Under the pieces are notes generated by a model that had not been told where the DNA came from, ran no database searches, and saw only the letters and a program-made list of their open reading frames with translations. Of a stretch of DNA of 39,548 nt, positions 17,435-24,805 are shown piece by piece; within the stretch, counting starts at the first letter, position 1; each line of letters opens with the position of its first letter. Made by a program: the position numbers and the translations under genes. The DNA is from Halobacteriaceae archaeon (lineage in GTDB: Archaea; Halobacteriota; Halobacteria; Halobacteriales; Halobacteriaceae), in the NCBI GenBank assembly GCA_041639855.1, contig JBEQBK010000001.1, forward strand, positions 1-39,548, given 5' to 3'.

Positions 17435-18746
17435 ACCGTTGCGCGGAAATCGAACGGAAATCGAGGTCCTCGAAGCGGTCGAGACCCTCCAACACGTCGA
17501 TTGTGGCCTCCGTGCTCACCTGGAGCGAGAAATGGTATGCCGGGCCGCCGATGGAGCCTGCGGCCTGTTTTTCGGCCTCGACGATGCCCTGCATGTCGAG
17601 TTCGAGGAGGTGGTCCTTCATCCGCCGCTGCACGAGCTTGTCGGCGTCCGTCTTGTCCGCGATGTTCTGGTATATCTGGTAGAGCACCTTCGAGCGGGCG
17701 GGCGTGTCCCCGGAGACTTCGAGGACGGTGACCGCCGCGAGGGAGAGTTGTGCCTGCGTCGTCATCTGGCGCATCGCCTCGACGACGGTCTCCCGTTCGA
17801 TGACGGTCTCCGCCTCGCGAGCGTGTGCCTGCGAAACCGTCTCCGACTCTTCGCGGTCCGCGACCTCCCCCGCCTTGCGGAGGTACTTGATCGCCTGCCG
17901 GGCGTCGCCCTTGTCGTGGGCGGACATGGCAGCGATCAGTTCGACGACACCCTCGTCGAGCACGTCGCTCCGGAACTCGATGTCCGAATCGGAACCGCCG
18001 TTTTCGGCCACTTCGTGTGGGTTAGCCCCCTGAGAAATTGCGGACACGGTGGTGTGTGTTGTGTCGCGGAACGCCTTCGCCGCGCGGCGACGAAGGATCT
18101 GTTGGAGTTCCCCCGCGTTGTACGGCGAGAAGAGAATAGAGTCGTCGTAGAGCGAGGATTTGACCTTCGGGGAGAGGGAATCCCGCCACTGCAGGTCGTT
18201 ACTGATGCCGATGACGCTCGGGTAGACGTGGTCCCCGACGTGGCCCTGTGCCCGTGCTCGCGAGAGCGAGTAGAGGAGGCGGTCGTCGTCGCCGAGCGCG
18301 TCGATTTCGTCGAGAACAAGAATGATCGTCCCGCCGATGTCGTCCATCGCGTCGAACATCATGTCCATGACGACGTCAGTGGAGTAGCCCGTCGGGCGGT
18401 CCGCGCCGGTGAGTCGCTGGTAGATCCGCGAGGCCGCCTTGTACGACGTCGAAAGGTCGTGGCTCTCACAGGAGATATAACACGTAGTGAGATCGAGGTG
18501 TTCCGACTCGTTTTCGGCGTGGTACTGCAGTTCGCTCAGTTCGGCTTTCACCGCCGCGGTCTTGCCCTGCCCTGCTTTCCCGTGGATGAACACGTTGTTC
18601 GCGCCGGCGCCCCGCGCGGCCGGCGAAAGCGAGTCGTTGAGCGCGTTCATTTCGTCCCGTCGCTCCGGCAGCGTGTCCGGGTGGTGTTCCTCCCGGAGGG
18701 CCTCCTCGTTCGCGAAGATGGGGGAGGTGGCGGAGTACCGTGACAT
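17433..18746 (-). CDS. orc1: Orc1/Cdc6 replication initiator
   Basis: Track ORF 17433..18773; preferred ATG 18746 (MSRYSATSPIF). Walker A GKAGQGKT, Walker B ILVLDEID, GDARQAIKYLRKAGE, and a C-terminal winged-helix region. Flanked on both sides by ORB-like repeats. Confidence 0.92.
   Translation of the reverse strand: MSRYSATSPIFANEEALREEHHPDTLPERRDEMNALNDSLSPAARGAGANNVFIHGKAGQGKTAAVKAELSELQYHAENESEHLDLTTCYISCESHDLSTSYKAASRIYQRLTGADRPTGYSTDVVMDMMFDAMDDIGGTIILVLDEIDALGDDDRLLYSLSRARAQGHVGDHVYPSVIGISNDLQWRDSLSPKVKSSLYDDSILFSPYNAGELQQILRRRAAKAFRDTTHTTVSAISQGANPHEVAENGGSDSDIEFRSDVLDEGVVELIAAMSAHDKGDARQAIKYLRKAGEVADREESETVSQAHAREAETVIERETVVEAMRQMTTQAQLSLAAVTVLEVSGDTPARSKVLYQIYQNIADKTDADKLVQRRMKDHLLELDMQGIVEAEKQAAGSIGGPAYHFSLQVSTEATIDVLEGLDRFEDLDFRSISAQR
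18035..18055 (+). repeat. ORB-like repeat inside the orc1 coding sequence
   Basis: aaattgcggacacggtggtgt, 20/21 identical. On the coding strand it encodes HTTVSAI of Orc1. Confidence 0.7.
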
Positions 18747-18823
18747 ACCTCCGTGTCCGAGTCGGAGTGTCATAAACCCCCGTGTCCGTAATGTCTATAA
18801 TGTCCGCAACTGCCACCACACCC

Positions 18824-18844
18824 ACACCACCGTGTCCGCAATTC
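18824..18844 (-). repeat. ORB-like origin repeat (only inverted copy)
   Basis: acaccaccgtgtccgcaattc is the exact reverse complement of the 21-mer. It lies 78 nt upstream of the orc1 ATG. Partial cores (cgtgtccg / atgtccgca) occur at about 18752, 18781 and 18800. Confidence 0.8.
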
Positions 18845-18883
18845 GAGCCAACGACGGAGGGGGCGGTTCAGTCGGTCAGTACA

Positions 18884-19012
18884 GTTTTGGGCGTTTTAGG
18901 TTATAAAGAAAAGCAGTTAGAGAATTCACCGGTTACTAAACTAGCGTACTACTACTATACTACTACACTAACTAGTTCTAGAGGAAGAGTTAAGTGAATA
19001 AAATTCTCGATT
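18884..19012. other. AT-rich duplex-unwinding-element candidate
   Basis: AT-rich (ttttaggttataaagaaaag ... gttaagtgaataaaattctcgatttc). Flanked by ORB 18824..18844 (-) and ORB 19096..19116 (+) in inverted orientation. Contains (tac)3-ta-(tac)3 at about 18947..18966. Confidence 0.7.
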
Positions 19013-19095
19013 TCGGCGGCTCTCGACGGATTCCTCCCGAACTCCGCGGTTTCGCGCCGGTCAGCCCCTCACCCCACCCCCTCTCTCGGAGCGTG

Positions 19096-19116
19096 GAATT
19101 GCGGACACGGTGGTGT
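19096..19116 (+). repeat. ORB-like origin repeat
   Basis: Exact 21-mer followed by a C-rich tract. Confidence 0.8.
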
Positions 19117-19142
19117 GTCCCCCCTCCTCGGAACGATAACAC

Positions 19143-19163
19143 GAATTGCGGACACGGTGGTGT
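19143..19163 (+). repeat. ORB-like origin repeat
   Basis: Exact 21-mer. Confidence 0.8.
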
Positions 19164-19278
19164 GTTAGGCTACGGGTTTATCGTCGAGATACCGACGGTA
19201 CACACCGTGAAACGCTGTCTAAGGGCGAACCAGCGTTCGAAGAGCGGCGAACCGATTCGGGCCCCGCGCTCGCGCTCG

Positions 19279-19299
19279 GAATTGCGGACACGGTGGTGT
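19279..19299 (+). repeat. ORB-like origin repeat
   Basis: Exact 21-mer. Confidence 0.8.
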
Positions 19300-19360
19300 G
19301 TCACCGTCGGACCCAGGTCAACGCCGCGTCCGGCCGGCGTCGGGGGTTGAACCGCCGATG

Positions 19361-19381
19361 GAATTGCGGACACGGTGGTGT
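19361..19381 (+). repeat. ORB-like origin repeat
   Basis: Exact 21-mer followed by a C-rich tract. Confidence 0.8.
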
Positions 19382-19418
19382 GTCTCCCCCTCCCCTCCTC
19401 CTATCGGAACGATGATAC

Positions 19419-19439
19419 GAATTGCGGACACGGTGGTGT
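19419..19439 (+). repeat. ORB-like origin repeat
   Basis: Exact 21-mer, 24 nt from the P450 stop codon. Confidence 0.8.
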
Positions 19440-19462
19440 GTTCGTCCTTCCGGAACGGCGCT

Positions 19463-20815
19463 TCAGCGCTCCCGGACCCGCATCGGCATCCCGTTTCGGG
19501 GGTGCATCGTCAGGGTCGGCCACCACTCCACGCCGTCGCGCGTGTACTCGGCAGTGTAGCGCTGGGCCGTCCGCGCGACGATGAGTTGTGCCTCCAGCAG
19601 CGCGAGATGCTTCCCGATGCAGTGACGCGGCCCCCCGCCGAACGGGAAGTACGCGAAGCTCGGGCGGTCCGCGTCCCGGTTCCACCGGTCGGGGTCGAAC
19701 GTTTCGGGGTTCTCCCAGTACCGCTCGGAGCGGTGCATCGCCCACTGCGAGAGCATGATGGCGGACCCCTCGGGCACGCGGTAGCCGTTGAACTCGACGT
19801 CCTCGGTCGCCTCGCGGAACATCGTGTACACGGGCGGATAGAGGCGCATCGCCTCGTTGACGACGTTCTCGATGAGGTCGAACTCCCGTACGTCGGCCAT
19901 CGTCGGCCGCTCCCCGTCCGTACCGTGGCCGTCACCGACCACCTCCTCGATTTCCGCGTGGACTCGCCGTTCCACTTCGGGGTGTTCGGAGAGCAGGTAC
20001 CATGTGTACGTCAGCGTGAGCGCCGTCGTGTCGTGGCCCGCCAGCAGGATAGTCATCACTTCGTCCCGGAGCTCCGTATCGGTTTGCTCCCCGCGCTCCT
20101 GTGCGCGCAGGAGAATCGAGAGCAGGTCGTCGGGCCCCTCGTCGGTCTCGGGGTCGCCGACGGTCCCGCGGCGTTCGGCGACGATGTCCTCGATGACGCC
20201 CTCCATCGTCGCGACGGCCGCGTCGTACTCGCCGTCGCCGGGCATCGGAAGCCACGGCGGCGCCGCGAAGCGCACGGGGTCCGGCTCGAAGCGCGCGCCC
20301 AGCGGTTCGAGGGCCTCCCGAATCGTCTGTACGCGGTCGTCGGTCAGGTCGGTCCCGAGCATCAAATCGACGATGACCGAGAGTGTGACCTCCGTCATCT
20401 CCTGTTCCATGTCGATGACCTCACCGTCGGCCCACCCCGCCAGCTGGTCGTCGTTGTGGGCGACGATGTCGTCGGCAAAATCGACGAGTCGGCCCATCGC
20501 GAACGCCGGGTTCGCGAGCTCGCGCTGTTTCTCCCATTTTTGTCCCTCGCTCAGTAGGAGGCCCTTCCCTAGCAGTTCGCCCAGCGAGTCGTCCTGGAAG
20601 GCGGGCTTGGCGAAGCGCTCGGGCTCGGTGACGAGGACGCGCTCGATGGCCGCGGGGTCCGTCAGGAGGTAGGTGTCCATCGGTCCCAACTCGAAGTTGA
20701 CCACGTCGCCGTAGGCCGCTTCACAACCGGACAGAAAGCGGAACGGGTCGCGAGCGTACTGCCGGCTGCTGCCGAAGAGGGGCTCGCCTTTCGGGCCCGG
20801 GGGGCTGGAACGCAT
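19463..20815 (-). CDS. cytochrome P450
   Basis: Track ORF 19463..20980. I prefer ATG 20815 (MRSSPPGPKGEPLFGSS), because the longer form overlaps the PRC-barrel gene and adds a low-complexity Ser/Thr/Ala tail. I-helix LLAGHDTT, K-helix NEAMRLYPP, heme ligand loop FPFGGGPRHCIGKHLA. Confidence 0.9.
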   Translation of the reverse strand: MRSSPPGPKGEPLFGSSRQYARDPFRFLSGCEAAYGDVVNFELGPMDTYLLTDPAAIERVLVTEPERFAKPAFQDDSLGELLGKGLLLSEGQKWEKQRELANPAFAMGRLVDFADDIVAHNDDQLAGWADGEVIDMEQEMTEVTLSVIVDLMLGTDLTDDRVQTIREALEPLGARFEPDPVRFAAPPWLPMPGDGEYDAAVATMEGVIEDIVAERRGTVGDPETDEGPDDLLSILLRAQERGEQTDTELRDEVMTILLAGHDTTALTLTYTWYLLSEHPEVERRVHAEIEEVVGDGHGTDGERPTMADVREFDLIENVVNEAMRLYPPVYTMFREATEDVEFNGYRVPEGSAIMLSQWAMHRSERYWENPETFDPDRWNRDADRPSFAYFPFGGGPRHCIGKHLALLEAQLIVARTAQRYTAEYTRDGVEWWPTLTMHPRNGMPMRVRER

Positions 20816-20903
20816 GCTCTCTAGTTGGGTTACTGTTCCATCAAAGCTCGGGTCCGAGCGGTACGGGTCGGTGCCCGCGGCCCGTTCGGGGCCGTACGCC
20901 GCC

Positions 20904-21146
20904 TCAGAACTCTCGCTTGAGGCGTATCTCGTCGTCGGTGACGCGCGCGATGCGGTCTCGCTTGAGCGGGTAGTCGTCATCGTCTATCTTCTGCCACCCC
21001 AACTTCGAGCGCAGGGTGTCCCCGAGACCGGGATCGGCATCGACGTATGCCGTCCCTCCGCGGATACCGGAGACGACACCGATTTTCTCGCCGTCGGCGT
21101 TGACAACGCGCTTTCCTACGTCTTCTTCTTCTACGTTTCGTGGCAT
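20904..21146 (-). CDS. small PRC-barrel-like protein (80 aa)
   Basis: In-frame part of track ORF 20904..21185; ATG 21146. MPRNVEEEDVGKRVVNADGEKIGVVSGIRGGTAYVDADPG...RIARVTDDEIRLKREF. Acidic. Two paralogues lie at 24102..24380 and 24386..24625. Confidence 0.75.
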   Translation of the reverse strand: MPRNVEEEDVGKRVVNADGEKIGVVSGIRGGTAYVDADPGLGDTLRSKLGWQKIDDDDYPLKRDRIARVTDDEIRLKREF

Positions 21147-21351
21147 GGTATGTCTGCTTACCGCGGCGGCACTTGACGTCCACACCGATTAGTTATGGGT
21201 CCCATTCACCCTTCCCAGGCTGCAGGAGCGGAGGTAACGCTGCGTTACCGTCGCCGCCCGCGACTCGCATCCGCGATACGGGCCCTACCGAGCGTGTAAA
21301 TATCGGGTTTCGAACACATGACTTAGGTCGGCCGTGGTTCTATCGTGCCCG

Positions 21352-21672
21352 ATGGCACACGAACGGACCGTCGAGGCCCTCGCGGGCCTCGGACAGAAAC
21401 AGCGCGTCCGCGTTACGACCGACGACGCCGCGCTCGACGCCCGGGTCGCCGAAGGGGTGTTCGTTCCGGACGAGCGCCTCCGCATCGAACTTTCGCCCGG
21501 CGTCGAGGAAGAGGGACGGTATCAGGTCCGCGCGACGTTCGCCGACGGCGGGTGGTCATCTCCGGAGCTCCGGTACTGCCCGAGTGGACACGCCTCGCCC
21601 GCGTGGCGCGTCGTCGGGGAGATACGCGGCGTGACGCCCCTGGAGGAGTCGGCGTACCCGGAGCGGAACTGA
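21352..21672 (+). CDS. hypothetical protein
   Basis: Track ORF 21334..21672, where 21334 is a GTG; the first ATG is at 21352 (MAHERTVEAL). Acidic composition typical of the host, with no recognisable motif. Its 3' end is overlapped only by a shadow ORF. Confidence 0.45.
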   Translation: MAHERTVEALAGLGQKQRVRVTTDDAALDARVAEGVFVPDERLRIELSPGVEEEGRYQVRATFADGGWSSPELRYCPSGHASPAWRVVGEIRGVTPLEESAYPERN

Positions 21673-21848
21673 GTCGGCGCTCGCGCCACTCGTAGGCCAG
21701 CCGCCGCCGGTCGTTGCGGGCCCTTCTTCACCCGGATCGGTTGCCCTCGCGCACCAGCCCACGAAGTGTTCGCTACCCACACGACTGTGCGGGTCCGGAC
21801 GGCCCACGCTGTGAAAAGGTATTTGCGCCGCCCGCGGAAGAACGACCC

Positions 21849-22997
21849 ATGGAAGTAGACGAAGTGGAGACGATTCCGCTGGAACACCCGCTCGGAGCCG
21901 GCCGACGGCTCGGCGGGACGCGCGGCGTGACGGGCACCCGGACGGCGACGCTGGTCAAACTCACCGCGGACGACGGCACCGTCGGATGGGGCGAGGCGTT
22001 CGCGCCGCCTCGTACCGTCGCCGAGCTGGTCGACGAGGTGTTCGCGGACACCGTCGTCGGCAGGTCCCCCCGCGATGCCGACGCGCTCGCGGACGACGTG
22101 TACACCGGGCAAATAGGGGGCTACCATTTCTCGCGGGGTCCCTTCACGCAGGCCGCTCTCACGGGCGTCGAGGTCGCGCTCTGGGACCTTCGGGGGAAGC
22201 AACTCGGCGAACCCGTCCACGAACTCCTCGGCGGGCGCTCGCGTTCCTCGGTGACGCCGTACGCCTCGACGATGTACATCACCGAGTGGGACCAGGACCC
22301 CGCGGAGCCGATGCGGGAGGCCGTCGCTGAGGGCTTCACCGCGGCGAAGATCAAAATCGGCCGCTCCGTCGAGGACGACCGCTCCCGGGTTCGGACCGCG
22401 CGGGAGATACTCGGCGACGACGCCGCACTGATGGTCGACTACAACGGGAACTGTACCCCAAAGGGCGCAGTCGAGTCGATACGGGCCATCGAGGAGTACG
22501 ACCTGACGTGGGTCGAGGAGCCGGTCCCGCCCGAGAACCGTGACGGCTACCGCGAAGTCGGGCGAAAAGTCGACGTACCCCTCGCGGCGGGTGAGGCCCA
22601 CGCCGGACGCTTCGAGTTCGCCGACCTGATTCGGGACGGTCTCGTCGACGTGGTCCAGCCGAACCTCGGGCGCTGTGGCGGCTTCGCCGAGGCCGCCTTC
22701 ATCGCGCGGACGGCGACGACGAACAACGCGACCGTCCGACCCCACGTCTGGAACAGCGGCGTCGGTCTCGCGGCGGCCCTCCAGTTCGCGGCGACGGTGC
22801 CCGACTACCCCCAGCGCGCGGACCTGACCGAGCGGGAGGTTCTCTTCGAGTTCGACCGGAGTGAGAACCCTCTGCGCCACGAGATACTCGAAGAGCCCTT
22901 CGACCCGACCGGCGGGTCGTTGGACGTTCCGACGGCGCCCGGACTCGGCATCGAAATCGACGAATCGGCACTCGGGGAGTACGCCGTCGAGCGCTGA
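21849..22997 (+). CDS. enolase-superfamily (mandelate racemase/muconate lactonizing enzyme family) protein, substrate unknown
   Basis: In-frame part of track ORF 21714..22997; ATG 21849 (MEVDEVETIPLEHP). Motifs: GVEVALWDLRGKQLGEPVHELLGG, AAKIKIG, LMVDYNG, WVEEPVPP, AAGEA, VVQPNLGRCGG. Confidence 0.85.
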   Translation: MEVDEVETIPLEHPLGAGRRLGGTRGVTGTRTATLVKLTADDGTVGWGEAFAPPRTVAELVDEVFADTVVGRSPRDADALADDVYTGQIGGYHFSRGPFTQAALTGVEVALWDLRGKQLGEPVHELLGGRSRSSVTPYASTMYITEWDQDPAEPMREAVAEGFTAAKIKIGRSVEDDRSRVRTAREILGDDAALMVDYNGNCTPKGAVESIRAIEEYDLTWVEEPVPPENRDGYREVGRKVDVPLAAGEAHAGRFEFADLIRDGLVDVVQPNLGRCGGFAEAAFIARTATTNNATVRPHVWNSGVGLAAALQFAATVPDYPQRADLTEREVLFEFDRSENPLRHEILEEPFDPTGGSLDVPTAPGLGIEIDESALGEYAVER

Positions 22998-23386
22998 TAC
23001 CACCCCCGCGTTCCTGCACGAATCTCGGGGAAGAACGGGTAACGGCGGCTTACCGACACCCTCTATTGGTTTACATCCATATGTATGTCACACACTGGTG
23101 GGTAGTACGCCGACGTTACGGTCCGTATCGGCTCTGTACTGTCGCAACGAGACCGGAAAAACCGCCAGCAGCAACGAGAGCGGGGGTTCTGCGTGACCGA
23201 TACGCTCAAAGCGGGTAGGCCCGAAGGAAGACCATCACCGAACCCCGCCGCACGTTCGAGTGCGCCGACGTCGAGGCGCTTCGGTCCGACCCCCGACTCG
23301 CCGAGTGGGCGCTCCGGTGTGTTCCGGGTGACGACGAACGCGGGACGGTTCTGCTCGTCGGGGTCGTCCACGACCACCCGGCGAGC

Positions 23387-23998
23387 GTGTTTCGCGTCGT
23401 CCACACGCTCGAAACGCTTTCCCCCGATGCCGTCGCCGTCGAACTCCCGCCGCTCGCGATGCCGCTCTTCCGGGCGTACGCGAGCGCCCCGGACACGCCG
23501 CCCCGGCTCGGCGGCGAGATGAGCGCGGCGCTCCAAACCGCGGCGGGGCGAACGGTCGGCATCGACGCGCCGAACGGGGCCGCCTTCCGCGCGCTGGCCC
23601 GGGCGCTCCGCGCTGAGCGTCCCCCGCTCGACACCGTCCGCGGTGTTCTGCGCGACGCCGCGTCCGGGCTCGCGCACGCGGCGGTCTGCCGGCTCGGGGC
23701 CGTCGTCGCGGCGCACACCCCGTTCAAGCCGCGACTGTACGAGCACATCGTCTACGACGTAACCGTTCTGGACTCCCCCACCGAGCAGGCCGCCCACGAG
23801 TCCGAACACGTCTCCCACCAGCGGGCGTTCCTACGCGCAATCGAGACCCCGGCGACGATACGCCTCGTCGACGAGGCCCGCGAAGCCGGCATGGTCGAAC
23901 GCCTGCGCGAACTGCGCGCCGACGGCGACGTCGTCGCCGTGGTCGGGGTCGAACACCTCGACGCGCTCGCGGCCGGCCTCGACCGTTCCACTCCGTAA
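23387..23998 (+). CDS. TraB/GumN-family-like protein (start uncertain; homology extends upstream of the first canonical start)
   Basis: The track ORF starts at GTG 23387. SPDAVAVELPP and the C-terminal DGDVVAVVGVEHLDALAAGL resemble TraB-family motifs. The same frame is open back to 23219 and encodes GTVLLVGVVHDHPAS there, without any ATG/GTG/TTG. Confidence 0.55.
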   Translation: MFRVVHTLETLSPDAVAVELPPLAMPLFRAYASAPDTPPRLGGEMSAALQTAAGRTVGIDAPNGAAFRALARALRAERPPLDTVRGVLRDAASGLAHAAVCRLGAVVAAHTPFKPRLYEHIVYDVTVLDSPTEQAAHESEHVSHQRAFLRAIETPATIRLVDEAREAGMVERLRELRADGDVVAVVGVEHLDALAAGLDRSTP

Positions 23999-24101
23999 CG
24001 AACTGTCCCAATCGCTTATCACGGCGTCCGCCGTACGTTCACCACAGGCGACGTGATACGTATGCTCACCACACATCACCGGCGCCGGACGGGGCGGTAG
24101 T

Positions 24102-24380
24102 ATGGCCCACCCGTTGTGCAGCGAGGACGAGGGCAAGCGGGTAGTGACGACCGACGGCGTCGTCGTGGGCTCGGTTGCCCGCGTCGCGCCGGGCTGCGTC
24201 CACGTCGAACCGCGCTCGGGCCTGCTTGCGGGCTACGGCTCGTGGCTACACAGCCCGTGGTGCTCGGCGACCCCGTTCCGGCTCGACGGTCGGGCGGTCG
24301 CCCGGGTCACCGACGAGACGGTCGTTGTCTTCGCTTCCGACGAGGAGAACGTCGCACCCGCAACAGCGGCGAAAAAATAG
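24102..24380 (+). CDS. small PRC-barrel-like protein, divergent paralogue (92 aa)
   Basis: MAHPLCSEDEGKRVVTTDGVVVGSVARVAPGCVHVEP...AVARVTDETVVV shares the EDxGKxVV-x2-DG-x3-G and VTDE signatures with 20904..21146 and 24386..24625. Confidence 0.55.
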   Translation: MAHPLCSEDEGKRVVTTDGVVVGSVARVAPGCVHVEPRSGLLAGYGSWLHSPWCSATPFRLDGRAVARVTDETVVVFASDEENVAPATAAKK

Positions 24381-24385
24381 CGACC

Positions 24386-24625
24386 TCAGAGGTCTTCCTT
24401 GAGCCGGATTTCCTCGTCGTCGATGTCTTCGACGCTCGACGCCTGGAGCTGATACGTCCCCGCGTTCTCTTCCGTCCAGCCGAGGCGACGGCGGACGCTC
24501 TGCGAGAGGTCGGTGTCGGCTTCGATGTGCGCCATCGACCCCTCGACGCTCCGGAGCGTTCCGACGGTGTCGCCGTCGGACGTTACAACTTGCTTCCCTT
24601 CGTCTTCTGCGCTGAATTCTACCAT
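24386..24625 (-). CDS. small PRC-barrel-like protein (79 aa)
   Basis: In-frame part of track ORF 24386..24736; ATG 24625. MVEFSAEDEGKQVVTSDGDTVGTLRSVEGSMAHIEADTD...VEDIDDEEIRLKEDL. Convergent with 24102..24380, 5 nt apart. Confidence 0.7.
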   Translation of the reverse strand: MVEFSAEDEGKQVVTSDGDTVGTLRSVEGSMAHIEADTDLSQSVRRRLGWTEENAGTYQLQASSVEDIDDEEIRLKEDL

Positions 24626-24805
24626 GGATTCTCCGGGCCCGAACCCCTCGAGCCCTACCAGATAGTGGGCCGCCGCCGGGGATGAAACGTGGCTATCGCC
24701 CTCCAACCCATTCAAGTACAGCCCCCGAACATCCACGAAAAACCGTCACGTCACGCGCCGGGAACGGGGTTTTTTGCCCGCTCCGGGCGAAGTGAACTCC
24801 GCCGC

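Larger units (their letters stand above)
17090..19439. other. replication origin region (orc1-associated, oriC-type)
   Basis: An orc1/cdc6 gene with eleven ORB-like 21-mers and two AT-rich blocks. An inverted ORB pair faces the 18884..19012 AT-rich block. Confidence 0.8.

Noticed and set aside
17259-18743. 494-aa + strand ORF, plus 18994..19350 and 19298..20557, containing recurring peptides LRTRWC / IADTVV / NCGHGGV
   Set aside because: The recurring peptides are simply the 21-bp ORB repeat read in three frames. The ORFs are antisense to orc1 and the P450 or lie in the origin, and have shadow composition.
17272-19439. Could the 21-bp repeats be a CRISPR array or a MITE cluster?
   Set aside because: The spacing is irregular (36 to 136 bp and more), one copy is inverted, no cas genes are present, and the repeats flank an orc1/cdc6 gene and AT-rich blocks. 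They are best explained as origin recognition boxes.
20816-20980. 55-codon N-terminal extension of the P450
   Set aside because: The extension is a Ser/Thr/Ala-rich low-complexity segment overlapping the PRC-barrel gene by 77 nt. The P450 fold begins after the internal Met.
23063-23818. 251-aa minus-strand ORF
   Set aside because: Arg/Gly/Asp-rich shadow opposite the TraB-like frame, which carries recognisable family motifs.
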